Assembly (NCBI GenBank): GCA_964347085.1
Contig: CAYFXF010000006.1
Coordinates: 1,811 to 44,947 of the forward strand
Source of the DNA: an uncultured Gemmatimonadota bacterium
Lineage (GTDB): Bacteria; Gemmatimonadota; Gemmatimonadetes; Palauibacterales; KS3-K002
Direction: 5' to 3'
Length of the DNA: 43,137 nt
How positions within the stretch are numbered: the stretch's first letter is position 1; every line of letters begins with the position of its first letter. The position numbers and the translations under genes are program-made. The notes below the pieces were generated by a model that saw only the letters and a program-made list of their open reading frames with translations, made no database searches and was not told where the DNA came from. Shown here piece after piece: positions 1 to 8,975 of the stretch.

Positions 1-240
1 GGCTACAACTACTTCTACATCCTCGACAGCAACTTTCAGGGCAAGCCGTTCTTCGATTGGGAGCGGCTGGGGCTGTCGCTCACCTGGAGCCTCGGCGTGC
101 CCGCGGACGTTCCGCTCGGCTTTTTCGTCAACGTTTACCTGGGTCAGGACTACTACAACATCTGGTACAAGCAGGACCTGTCGATCGTGCGGGTCGGCCT
201 CACGGCTCAGTCGATCTCCACGCTACTGGCACCCCGCTAG
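1..240 (+). CDS. 3' end of an unknown protein (partial, runs off the window start); aromatic/beta-rich, possibly an outer-membrane barrel
   Basis: Frame 1 is open from base 1 to TAG 238-240 (GYNYFYILDSNFQGKPFFDWERLGLSLTWSLG...YYNIWYKQDLSIVRVGL...). G/C-rich third positions. No family recognised. Confidence 0.4.
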   Translation, partial: GYNYFYILDSNFQGKPFFDWERLGLSLTWSLGVPADVPLGFFVNVYLGQDYYNIWYKQDLSIVRVGLTAQSISTLLAPR

Positions 241-413
241 CGGGCGCGGCGGAGCGCGACCCGGACCGGGCGAGCGGCAGTCTTTCGCCGGCCCAGATGG
301 GCCCTCGCATCCTGGCAGCGAATGTGTAGATTGGGGCGTCGCGCGCCCGGTTGGGCCGCCTCATCCCGCTAGCAAGAGCCCCGTTTCCCCCAGAGGTCTG
401 GAGGCGTAAGCGT

Positions 414-1832
414 ATGCAGATGAACGACTTTCTGGCGAAGGTCGAGACGTTCCGCCAGGACATGGAATCCTACGTGCACGAGATGGAGTGCTACGGTGGC
501 CTGGAGCTCTCGACCCCGGACGACGTGATCAAGTACTGCTCGGATCACGGGGTGACCTCGCTCCGCCTCTGGTTCACGGACATCCTCGGATATCTCAAGT
601 CCTTCGCGATCACCCTGCCGGAGATCCGGGGCGCCTTCGAGGAGGGGATGGGATTCGACGGCTCGTCGATCGAGGGGTACCAGCGGATCCAGGAGAGCGA
701 CATGGTGGCGTTCCCCATTGCCTCCACTGCGCAGGTCGTGCCGTTCAGGGTCGGCGGCTCGCGCTCGATCCGCATGTACGCTGAGGTCCGGAACCCGGAC
801 GGCACGCCCTACGCCAGTGACCCGCGCGAGGTGCTGAAGCGCAACCTGAGCCGCCTGGAGCGATACGGCTTCAAGGAGATGAACATCGGGCCGGAGGCTG
901 AATACTATTACTTCAAGGACGACAAAGCGCCGACGATCATCGACCGGGCCGGCTATTTCGACATCGTGCCGGTCGATCTGGGCGACGACTTGCGCGAGGT
1001 GACCGTGTTTGCCCTCGAGGCCATGGGCATCCCGGTCGAGTACATGCACCACGAGGTCGGCCCCAGCCAGCACGAGATCGACCTGAAGTACCAGGAAGCG
1101 CTGCGCATGGCGGACGCGTTGCAGACTTACAAGTGGGTAGTCAAGGAGATCGCGCGGCGTAACGGTGTACACGCGACCTTCATGCCGAAGCCGCTGTTCG
1201 GCGAGAACGGGAGCGGTATGCACACGCACTTGTCGCTGTTCACTGACGAGAACACGAACGCTTTCTACTCGAGAGACGAGAGCTATCACCTGTCACAGAC
1301 CGCCAAGCACTTCATGGCGGGCGTGCTCGAGCATGCACGGGAGATGGCGTTCGTCACCAATCAATGGTACAACTCGTACAAGCGGCTGGTGGTCGGCTTC
1401 GAGGCGCCGGTTTACATCGCCTGGGCGGAGCGCAATCGCTCGGCGCTAGTGCGGGTGCCGACTTACAAACCGGGCAAGGAGCTCGCCACGCGGATCGAGC
1501 TTCGCTTCCCGGACGCGGCTTGCAACCCGTACCTGGCGTTTGCGGCGATGCTGGCTGGCGGCCTCGACGGTCTGGAGCGCAAGTTGCCGGCGCCGGAGCC
1601 GATGACGCGTGATCTGTACGAGCTGACGGCGGTGGAGCGGGAACGGCTGGGCGTGAAGTCGCTGCCGCACGACCTGTACGCCGCGATCCAGGTGGCGGAG
1701 TGCAGCCAGCTTCTGCGGGATTCCCTGGGCGACGACGTGGTGAACAAGCTCTTGGAGACGAAGCTCGCGGACTTCGAGAAGTTTAAGCTCTACATCTCGC
1801 CGCTGGACCTCGAGAGCCACATGGAGCTGTAA
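414..1832 (+). CDS. glnA: Glutamine synthetase, type I
   Basis: ORF 351..1832. ATG 414 is preceded by GGAGG. Motifs: FTDILG, GFDGSSI, HHEVGPSQHEIDLKY, NGSGMHTHLSLF, RVP..........ELRFPDAACNPYLAFAAML. Confidence 0.9.
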   Translation: MQMNDFLAKVETFRQDMESYVHEMECYGGLELSTPDDVIKYCSDHGVTSLRLWFTDILGYLKSFAITLPEIRGAFEEGMGFDGSSIEGYQRIQESDMVAFPIASTAQVVPFRVGGSRSIRMYAEVRNPDGTPYASDPREVLKRNLSRLERYGFKEMNIGPEAEYYYFKDDKAPTIIDRAGYFDIVPVDLGDDLREVTVFALEAMGIPVEYMHHEVGPSQHEIDLKYQEALRMADALQTYKWVVKEIARRNGVHATFMPKPLFGENGSGMHTHLSLFTDENTNAFYSRDESYHLSQTAKHFMAGVLEHAREMAFVTNQWYNSYKRLVVGFEAPVYIAWAERNRSALVRVPTYKPGKELATRIELRFPDAACNPYLAFAAMLAGGLDGLERKLPAPEPMTRDLYELTAVERERLGVKSLPHDLYAAIQVAECSQLLRDSLGDDVVNKLLETKLADFEKFKLYISPLDLESHMEL

Positions 1833-1861
1833 GGCGCCGGGGGGCGCTGAGCGGGAGGGGC

Positions 1862-1892
1862 GGGGGGTCGGTCGCGGGTGCGGCGACCCCCC
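1862..1892 (+). terminator. GC-rich hairpin downstream of glnA (putative terminator, no T-tract)
   Basis: GGGGGGTCG (1862-1870) pairs with CGACCCCCC (1884-1892), 30 nt after the glnA stop. Confidence 0.35.
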
Positions 1893-1920
1893 GCTTGACA
1901 GGTAGGGGGTGAGCGGGCAT

Positions 1921-1952
1921 CATACGTACGTATGAAGGAAGACATACGTATG
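1921..1952. promoter_or_regulatory. Two palindromes sharing the half-site CATACGTA; candidate TetR operator overlapping the tetR promoter/5' end
   Basis: CATACGTACGTATG (1921-1934, perfect 14-bp palindrome) and CATACGTATG (1943-1952, perfect 10-bp palindrome). TTGACA at 1895-1900 lies upstream. Confidence 0.45.
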
Positions 1953-2576
1953 AAGCAAACCACCCCCGAGGCCCTGCTCGCCGCCGCCCGCGCCCTGTTC
2001 GCACTACACGGCTTCGATGCGACCTCCGTCCGCGCCATCACCCAACGGGCCGGCGCCAATCTCGGCGCCATCACCTATCACTTCGGGTCCAAGCAGGCCC
2101 TGTATGAGGCCGTGGTCGCCGCCGTGGCGGGTCCCTCGAGCGAGCGTCTCGCAGCGGCGGCCCGAGCGCCCGGGCCGCCGCTCCAGCGCATCGAGCTCAT
2201 GGTGCGAGAGTTCTTCGATTTCCTCGAAGAGAACCCTGACTTGCCCCAGTTCATGATGCAGCAGCTCACCGGCGCACAGCCGATGTCGCGCACGGCCCTC
2301 GAGACGATGCAGGCGAACATCGGCATGCTCGCCGCGCTGATCGCGGAGGGACAGGCGGACGGGTCGGTTCGAGAGGGGGATCCACGGCTGATGGCGCTGA
2401 GCGTCGGCTCGCAGCCGATTTGGCTGAGCATGGCACGGCGCGGCCTGCGCGAAGGCATCGACATCGATCAGGCGGACCCGGAGACGAGGGCGCGGCTGGT
2501 GACAAGCGTGGTGCAGTTCGTCCGTGCAGGGCTGGCTGCGCATTCGGAGAGGGAAGAATGGGACGCCAACTCATGA
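1950..2576 (+). CDS. TetR/AcrR-family transcriptional regulator (CecR/YbiH-like position)
   Basis: ORF 1932..2576. ATG 1950 has AAGGAAG 8 nt upstream. N-terminal HTH: LLAAARALFALHGFDATSVRAITQRAGANLGAITYHFGSKQALY. Confidence 0.85.
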   Translation: MKQTTPEALLAAARALFALHGFDATSVRAITQRAGANLGAITYHFGSKQALYEAVVAAVAGPSSERLAAAARAPGPPLQRIELMVREFFDFLEENPDLPQFMMQQLTGAQPMSRTALETMQANIGMLAALIAEGQADGSVREGDPRLMALSVGSQPIWLSMARRGLREGIDIDQADPETRARLVTSVVQFVRAGLAAHSEREEWDANS

Positions 2577-3925
2577 GGCTCACCTGCCTTGCCGCTGCGT
2601 CGGTCGTCGTCGTCACCGGTGCGCCCGACGCGGCTCATGCTCAGAGCGAACGCACGCAGCTCACCTTGAGCCAAGCCGTCGCGCTGGCTCGCGAGCGGCA
2701 CCCGAGTCTGGGCGCGGCACGGGCGGGTGAGGAGGCGGCGGCGTCCGCGGTCGGGCAGGCGACCTCGGCGCGCTGGCCACAACTCGCCGGCTTGGCTTCG
2801 ATCACGACGTTCGAGGAGCCGATGCTCGTCGCGCCCCTGCATCGCTTTGAAATCAGTGCGGTGCCGGAGTTCGAGGAGACGCTACTGCGCGGCGATCTGC
2901 GACTCGCCTGGACGCTGTTCGACGGCGGCGCGCGTGGTGCTCGCGTCAATGGCGCCCGCGCCAGTGCGGCCGGCGCCCTCGCCGGGCGGCTGGGTACGGA
3001 CATGGCGCTCACGGCGCGCGTGACGCGAACCTACCTCGAGGTCCTAACGGCGCGGGGCGTGCTGGAGGCCCAGGACCGCCGCATCGCAGCCCTGAGTGCC
3101 GAGGGCGCGCGCGTGGATCAGTTGCTCGCCGTGGGGCGCGCGGCGCGGGTCGAGCGGCTGCGCGTGGGGGCCGCGCTGGCCGAGGCAGAGGCAGGCCGGG
3201 TGGCGACATCTGCGCGTCTAGCTGTCGCCGAACGGGAGCTGGCACGGTTGATCGGGGTAGCGGCGGAGGAGACGCGCGCGGACCGACTGCGCGGCGTCCG
3301 ACTGGTCGAGGCCGGGTTACCCGAGGATCGTGCGGCGCTCATCGCGGACGGGCGGGCTGGCAGTCCGGAGGTGGAACGAGCGCGCCGCGAGTTGGAGGCG
3401 GCGCTCGCCGATCGTCGGCTGGCCCGTGCGGCCTGGTTTCCGAAGTTCGACCTGGTGGGCGGCCTCCTCGGGTTCAGCAGTACGGAGGGGGGTGGCACCG
3501 CGGAGTGGCAGGCCGGCGTCAGCCTCTCCTATCCGCTGTTTACCGGTGGCGGCCGGGCCGGCGCCGTGGCAAGCGCCAGCGCCCGAGCCAGGGCGGCCGG
3601 CGAGGAGCTTCGGTCGGCGGAGCTGCGGCTGGCCGACCAGGTGGATCGCGCGCTCACGGCGGCGCTCGAAGCGCGGGCTCGCGTCGAGGCGGTTGCCCGG
3701 GCTGTCGAGCTGCAGGGGGAGGTCGTGCGCATCGAGCAGCTGGCGCTGGAGGCCGGTGCCGGCACGCAGACGGACTATCTGCGGGCGGAGGCAGACCTGT
3801 TGCGCGCGCAGTCGGGGTTGGTGGAGGCGCGTCACGCCGAGGTGGCGGCGCGAGTGGAACTTGCACGAGTCCTAGGTGAACTGACGCCGGAGTGGCTGGA
3901 GCGAAGTCTGGAGAACGAAGGATGA
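2558..3925 (+). CDS. TolC-like outer membrane efflux protein
   Basis: ORF 2420..3925. Start at ATG 2558 or ATG 2573 (the latter is an ATGA overlap with the tetR stop). Signal-like MRLTCLAAASVVVVTGAPDAAHAQ, then Ala/Leu/Arg-rich repeated coiled-coil halves typical of OEP family proteins. Confidence 0.8.
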   Translation: MGRQLMRLTCLAAASVVVVTGAPDAAHAQSERTQLTLSQAVALARERHPSLGAARAGEEAAASAVGQATSARWPQLAGLASITTFEEPMLVAPLHRFEISAVPEFEETLLRGDLRLAWTLFDGGARGARVNGARASAAGALAGRLGTDMALTARVTRTYLEVLTARGVLEAQDRRIAALSAEGARVDQLLAVGRAARVERLRVGAALAEAEAGRVATSARLAVAERELARLIGVAAEETRADRLRGVRLVEAGLPEDRAALIADGRAGSPEVERARRELEAALADRRLARAAWFPKFDLVGGLLGFSSTEGGGTAEWQAGVSLSYPLFTGGGRAGAVASASARARAAGEELRSAELRLADQVDRALTAALEARARVEAVARAVELQGEVVRIEQLALEAGAGTQTDYLRAEADLLRAQSGLVEARHAEVAARVELARVLGELTPEWLERSLENEG

Positions 3926-4917
3926 GTAGGGTACGGGTGATCGTGATCGGACTGGCGGCCGTCGTGCTGCTGGCGGCCGTGCTGCGCTACACCCTTTTCC
4001 GTTCGGAGGGCACCGGTGCGATCGTCGCCTCGGGCACGGTGGAAGCGACGGAGGCGGACCTCGGGTTTCAGCTGGCCGGGCGGATCGAACGCGTGGGCGT
4101 GCGGGAAGGTGCCCGTGTGACGGACGGCCAGGAGCTTGCCTGGCTGGACCGCTCGGAGCTTATCGCGCGGCGTCGCGCGGCGGCGGCGCAGGCCGAGGCG
4201 GTGCGTGCGATGCTGACGGAGCTGGAGCGTGGGTTCCGGACCGAGGAGGTGGCGCAGGGCAGAGCTGCGCTACGGGCAGCCGGGCAGCGGGTGAACGACG
4301 CGCGCCGCGACCTGGAGCGCACGCGCGAGCTGTACGAGGGAGGCGCGGTGAGCAAAGAGCTCTTGGATAAGCACGAGACGGCCTACGAGGTGGCGACGGC
4401 GGAGTACGACGGTGCGGTGGAGGCGCTGCGGATCCTGGAGACAGGCCCGCGGCGCGAGCGCGTTTCGGCCCAGCGCGCGGCGCTGGCCCAGGCGGAGGCG
4501 AGCGTGGCGGGTATCGACGCGGCGCTGGACTTCGCAGTCGTGCGCGCGCCGTTCGATGGTCTGATCACAGTCCGGCACCGCGAGCCGGGCGAGACGGTGC
4601 CGCCAGGCTCGCCGGTGCTCACCCTGATGAACCCGGACGACCGCTGGGTGCGCATCTTCGTGCGCGAGGATGAGGTGGGGCGGATCGCGTTGGGCCAGAC
4701 CGCGCGCATCAGCGGTGACGCCGATCCCGATCGCGAGTACGCGGGCGAGGTGGTGTTCATCGCTAGCGAAGCGGAGTTCACGCCGCGCAACGTTCAGACT
4801 ACTGAGGAGCGGGTAAAACTGGTGTATCGGGTCAAGGTGCAGATCACCGGTGATCCCGACTTCGACCTCAAGCCCGGGCTGGCCGCCGACGTGCGCTTGA
4901 CGACAGGGGAGAGTTGA
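3922..4917 (+). CDS. HlyD/YbhG-like membrane fusion (periplasmic adaptor) protein
   Basis: ATG 3922 overlaps the TolC-like stop (ATGA). N-terminal TM helix, lipoyl-like GTVEATEADLGFQLAGRIERVGVREGARVTDGQELAWLD, coiled coil, then VRAPFDGLI. Confidence 0.85.
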   Translation: MSRVRVIVIGLAAVVLLAAVLRYTLFRSEGTGAIVASGTVEATEADLGFQLAGRIERVGVREGARVTDGQELAWLDRSELIARRRAAAAQAEAVRAMLTELERGFRTEEVAQGRAALRAAGQRVNDARRDLERTRELYEGGAVSKELLDKHETAYEVATAEYDGAVEALRILETGPRRERVSAQRAALAQAEASVAGIDAALDFAVVRAPFDGLITVRHREPGETVPPGSPVLTLMNPDDRWVRIFVREDEVGRIALGQTARISGDADPDREYAGEVVFIASEAEFTPRNVQTTEERVKLVYRVKVQITGDPDFDLKPGLAADVRLTTGES

Positions 4918-4924
4918 GGGCCGA

Positions 4925-5805
4925 GTGGAAGCGGCCGTCGCGCTCGAGGGGCTGACTCGCCATTTCGGCGAATTGAAGGCGGTCGAGGACCTCAGCTTCC
5001 AAGTCGCGCCGGGCGAGCTGTTTGGCATCGTCGGCCCCGACGGTGCCGGCAAGACGACGACGCTGCGCATGCTGGCCCTGAAGGTGTGAAGGGTCACATC
5101 GCCTACATGTCGCAGCGCTTCGGCCTCTACACCGACCTCACGGTCCGCGAGAACATCGAGTTCTACGCCGACCTCTACCGTGTGCCGAGGGGTGAACGGC
5201 CTCAACGCCTCGAGCGTCTCTACGGCTTCTCCGGGCTCGGCCCATTCGAGAACCGGCTTGCCGGTCAGCTCTCAGGCGGGATGAAGCAGAAGCTCGGGCT
5301 CTGCGCCGCCCTCATCCACGAACCGGACATCCTGTTGCTCGACGAGCCGACCTTCGGGGTGGACCCGATCTCGAGGCGCGACCTCTGGTTGATCGTGCAC
5401 GAGCTGGTCGCCGGCGGCGTGACGGTGATCGTCTCGACGGCCTACCTGGACGAAGCGGAGCGCTGCGACCGGCTGACGTTGCTGCATCGGGGCCGCTCGG
5501 CGATGCTCGACACACCCGCGGCCCTGCAGCAGCGTCTGCACGGGCAGGTATTGGCGCTGCGTGCCGACGACCCGCGCGCCGCCTGCGAGCGGCTGCGGCG
5601 CCACCCGGCCGTGCGCAGTGCCGTGCTGTTCGGGGACACCGTTCATCTCACCTTGGGCGGGGGCGGGAGGGGGGGGGGCGGCTGGGCGGCCGCTGGGGCC
5701 GACCTGGTCGCCGGCGGGGTTCAGGTGCTGGAGGAGGGCCCGGTGGAGCCCTCGCTGGAGGACGTGTTCATCGATCTCGTGCAGGGCGGGGGCGATGCCG
5801 GATAG
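4925..5805 (+). pseudogene. ABC transporter ATPase (first NBD of a YbhF-like pair), interrupted between Walker A and the Q-loop
   Basis: GTG 4925..TGA 5089 encodes VEAAVALEGLTRHFGELKAVEDLSFQVAPGELFGIVGPDGAGKTTTLRMLALKV*. The rest (KGHIAYMSQ..LSGGMKQK..LLLDEPT) is in another frame (5086..5805). About 20+ residues normally found between the two parts are absent. Confidence 0.6.
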
Positions 5806-6736
5806 AGCGGTCGAGGTCAGCGAGCTCACGCGCATGTTCGGCGATTTCACCGCCGTCGATCGGGTGAGCTTCGACGTCTTCAAGGGAGAGATCTTCGGGT
5901 TTCTGGGCCCGAACGGCGCTGGGAAGACCACGACGATCAAGATGCTCAGCGGACTCTTGCGTCCGACCTCCGGCTCGGGGCGCGTCGCCGGCTTCGATGT
6001 GGTCGCGGAGATCGAGAGTGTCAAGCTGAACATCGGCTACATGTCACAGCTCTTCTCGCTTTATCCCGATCTTACCGTGGACGAGAACGTCCAGCTCTTC
6101 GCCGGCCTCTACGGTGTGGCAGGCAGCCGTTTCGTCGAGCGGCGCGACTGGGTGCTGGCGATGGCCGACCTCAGCGGTCAAGCCAGTCGCATGACCGGCG
6201 AGTTGGCGCTGGGGTTTAAGCAGCGGCTGGCGCTCGGCTGCGCAGTGCTGCACGAGCCGCCGATCCTCTTTCTGGATGAGCCGACCTCCGGTGTCGACCC
6301 GGTCTCGCGCCGCAACTTCTGGGACCTCATCTACGAGTTCGCTGCCGAGGGCACGACGGTGTTCGTCAGCACTCACTACATGGAGGAGGCGGAGTACTGC
6401 CATCGACTGGCGGTGATGAACCGCGGGCGTCTGATCGCGCTGGACCGCCCGGCTGCGCTTAAAGGCGCGATCCAGGAGCCGATCCTCGAGGTCGTGACCG
6501 ACGATGCGCCGCGCGCCGTGGAGGCCCTGCGGAACACGCCTGGGATCATCGAAGTCACAATGTTCGGGCGCGCCGTGCACGCTATGGTCGCGGACGAGAC
6601 GGCAGCGGTGCGCGCGATCCGCGAGCAGCTGAATGCCGTGGGACGTACGATCCAGTCGATACGCCCGATCGCGCCCTCGCTCGAGGACGTCTTCGTCTCG
6701 TTCGTACACCGCTCGGGAGGCTCGCTGGCCGGATGA
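5795..6736 (+). CDS. ABC transporter ATP-binding protein (second NBD, intact)
   Basis: ATG 5795 within ORF 5561..6736. Walker A GPNGAGKTT, Q-loop YMSQ, Walker B ILFLDEPTSGVD, H-loop STHYMEEA. Confidence 0.85.
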   Translation: MPDRAVEVSELTRMFGDFTAVDRVSFDVFKGEIFGFLGPNGAGKTTTIKMLSGLLRPTSGSGRVAGFDVVAEIESVKLNIGYMSQLFSLYPDLTVDENVQLFAGLYGVAGSRFVERRDWVLAMADLSGQASRMTGELALGFKQRLALGCAVLHEPPILFLDEPTSGVDPVSRRNFWDLIYEFAAEGTTVFVSTHYMEEAEYCHRLAVMNRGRLIALDRPAALKGAIQEPILEVVTDDAPRAVEALRNTPGIIEVTMFGRAVHAMVADETAAVRAIREQLNAVGRTIQSIRPIAPSLEDVFVSFVHRSGGSLAG

Positions 6737-7848
6737 ACCTGGGGCGGCTGTTGGCGGTAAGCCGCAAGGAAGCGATCCAGCTGCGGCGCGATCCCCGGAG
6801 CCTGATGCTCGCCTTCCTGCTACCGGTCGCGCTCATCCTCTTCTTTGGCTACGCCATCACACTCGACATCCGCAACATCGAGTTGGCGGTGCGGGACGAG
6901 AGCGGCAGTCAGGAGAGCCGGGCCCTGGTCGAGGCGTTCGCCAGCTCCGGGTACTTCGACCTCGTGGCCTACCCGGCGAGCCAGCGGGAGGTGAACCGGT
7001 TGCTCGACCTGGCGCGCGTCAAGCTGGTTCTGGTCATCCCGCCGAGCTTCAGCCGCGACCTGGCAGCCGGGCGTGGGGCGCATCTGCAGATCCTACTGGA
7101 CGGTGCCGACGCCAACACGGCGACGATCGCGCAGAACTACGCCGACGCGATCGTGGCGCGCTACTCCGCCGAGGCCGTGTTGCAGGGGCGCCAGTTGGCT
7201 CTGCCGCTGGAGCCGGAGTCCCGGGTCTGGTACAACGAGACCCTGGAGAGCCGCAACATGATCGTGCCCGGTCTGGTAGCCGTCATCATGTCGATCATCG
7301 CGGCACTATTGACGGCGCTGACCTTCGCGCGCGAGTGGGAGCGCGGCACCATGGAGCAGCTCGCCGCTACACCGGTGGGCCGGCTGGAGGTCGTGCTGGG
7401 GAAGCTCGTACCCTACGTGGCGATCGGTTTGTTCGATGTGGTTCTGGCCATCCTGGCCGGGCTTTTGATCTTCGACGTGCCGCTTCGCGGGAACCTAGTC
7501 GTCTTGAGCGGCCTCACCTTCCTCTTCCTGCTCGGCGCGCTCAGTCTGGGCATGTTCATCTCGGCAGCGGTGAAGACCCAGGTGCTGGCGACTCAGATCG
7601 CCATCCAGACCACCTATCTGCCGGCGCTCCTCCTCTCCGGCTTCATCTTCTCGATAGCGACCATGCCGCTGCCCCTGAAAGCGCTGACCTATGTCGTGCC
7701 GGCGCGCTACTACATCACAGTGACGCGTGGGATCTTCCTCAAGGGCGTGGGCCCCGGCGTGCTGTGGGTCGAGGCCGTGGCGATGGTCATCTTTGCGGTT
7801 GTCGGCCTCTCGCTCGCGATCCGAGCTTTCCGCAAGGAGCTGGCATGA
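6733..7848 (+). CDS. ABC-2 type transporter permease (YbhS-like)
   Basis: ATGA overlap with the upstream ATPase. RKEAIQLRRDPRSLMLAFLLP start typical of ABC-2 permeases. Large periplasmic loop plus multiple C-terminal TM helices. Confidence 0.85.
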   Translation: MNLGRLLAVSRKEAIQLRRDPRSLMLAFLLPVALILFFGYAITLDIRNIELAVRDESGSQESRALVEAFASSGYFDLVAYPASQREVNRLLDLARVKLVLVIPPSFSRDLAAGRGAHLQILLDGADANTATIAQNYADAIVARYSAEAVLQGRQLALPLEPESRVWYNETLESRNMIVPGLVAVIMSIIAALLTALTFAREWERGTMEQLAATPVGRLEVVLGKLVPYVAIGLFDVVLAILAGLLIFDVPLRGNLVVLSGLTFLFLLGALSLGMFISAAVKTQVLATQIAIQTTYLPALLLSGFIFSIATMPLPLKALTYVVPARYYITVTRGIFLKGVGPGVLWVEAVAMVIFAVVGLSLAIRAFRKELA

Positions 7849-8969
7849 GACCGGTCTCGGCATTGCGCGTGGGCGAGATGCTCAAGAAGGAGCTGCGGCA
7901 GATGTTCCGCGACCCGCGGATGAAGCGAATCATCTTCGTGGCACCGGTCATCCAGCTCGTCGCTTTCGGCTACGCTGTGAACACGGACATCCGAGATACT
8001 ACGACCTTCGCGGTCGACCACGACCGTAGCGCCGCTTCGCGCGAGCTGATCGAAGCGTTCCAGGCAACAGGCTACTTCCGGGTGGTGGCTAGCTCCGCGC
8101 GGCCGGCCGACCTAGTGCGGGCGCTGGATCGTGGAGCCGCCCAGGTCGGCATCGAGATACCCGCCGGGTTCGCCGAGGATCTCAGTTCCGAGAACGGGGC
8201 CCGGGTCCAGTTGATCTTCGACGGCACCGACTCGAACATCGCCACGGTGGCTCAAGGCTACGCCACGCGCATCGTCCAGCGCTACGCGCTGGCGGCGGCC
8301 GGCCCGAGCGGCCTGCCGCAGGCGGGCGTCGATCTGCGCGCCCGCGCTTGGTACAACCCGGGCCTCGAGAGCCGGGTCTACAACGTGCCGGCGGTGATCG
8401 GGATCCTGGTCCTGCTCATGTCGCTCTTGCTCACCGCCCTGGCGGTGGTGCGCGAGCGCGAGATGGGCACGCTCGACCAGCTCGCCGTAAGCCCGCTCTC
8501 CGCGGTCGAGCTCATGCTGGGGAAGACGCTCCCCGTGGTGCTGATCGCTCTCATCGACCTGTTTCTGATCACCATCGTCGCGGTCCTCTGGTTCGGGATC
8601 CCGTTGCGCGGTTCGGTCTTCGTGCTTCTACCTGCCGCGCTCCTCTACATCGTGGGAGGAATCTCGATCGGGCTCCTCATCTCGACCATCTCGCGCACCC
8701 AGCAACAAGCGATCATGTCGATGTTCCTCATCCTGCTGCCCGCGATCATCCTCTCCGGCTTCTTCTATCCGATCAGAAGCATGCCGCTCCTCTTCCAATG
8801 GCTGACTGTGCTCAACCCGGTGCGTCACTTCCTAGAGGTTGTGCGGGCGGTGTTTTTGAAGGGCTCGGGTCTCGGGGATCTCTGGAGTCAATATCTGGCA
8901 CTGACGCTCATGGCCGCCGCTGCCCTCTGGCTTGCCGTCGTCCGCTTCCGCCGGACGGTCGTGGCCTGA
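7845..8969 (+). CDS. ABC-2 type transporter permease (YbhR-like)
   Basis: ATG 7845 (ATGA overlap) inside the artefactually long ORF 6633..8969. KKELRQMFRDPRMKRIIFVAPVIQL. Paralogous to the previous gene. Confidence 0.85.
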   Translation: MRPVSALRVGEMLKKELRQMFRDPRMKRIIFVAPVIQLVAFGYAVNTDIRDTTTFAVDHDRSAASRELIEAFQATGYFRVVASSARPADLVRALDRGAAQVGIEIPAGFAEDLSSENGARVQLIFDGTDSNIATVAQGYATRIVQRYALAAAGPSGLPQAGVDLRARAWYNPGLESRVYNVPAVIGILVLLMSLLLTALAVVREREMGTLDQLAVSPLSAVELMLGKTLPVVLIALIDLFLITIVAVLWFGIPLRGSVFVLLPAALLYIVGGISIGLLISTISRTQQQAIMSMFLILLPAIILSGFFYPIRSMPLLFQWLTVLNPVRHFLEVVRAVFLKGSGLGDLWSQYLALTLMAAAALWLAVVRFRRTVVA

Positions 8970-8975
8970 GGTCGC

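Noticed and set aside
313-327. Sigma-54 (-24/-12) promoter upstream of glnA: TGGCAGCGAATGTGT
   Set aside because: The GG is present, but the -12 position reads GT instead of the near-invariant GC. This is too weak to call by eye.
369-1289. Long antisense or alternative-frame ORFs: 369..1289(-), 4270..5205(-), 16861..17676(+), 18656..19741(+), 33365..34069(-), 36658..37611(-), 37837..38970(-), 39825..41057(-) and similar
   Set aside because: Each overlaps a gene with clear family motifs on the other strand or frame and translates to Arg/Pro/Ala/His-rich sequence with no recognisable motifs. These are expected stop-poor shadow frames in GC-rich coding DNA.
5078-5092. Programmed ribosomal frameshift joining the two halves of the first ABC ATPase
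   Set aside because: Even a perfect frame change would yield a protein lacking ~20+ residues that all ABC NBDs have between Walker A and the Q-loop. No slippery heptamer is evident. A deletion/rearrangement or an assembly error is the simpler explanation.
6633-7844. The first ~400 codons of the 778-aa ORF 6633..8969
   Set aside because: This part lies in an alternative frame entirely over the YbhS-like permease gene and the end of the ATPase gene. It translates to Arg/Pro/Gly/Ala-rich low-complexity sequence. The recognisable ABC-2 permease begins at ATG 7845 (ATGA overlap). It is an open alternative frame typical of high-GC DNA.
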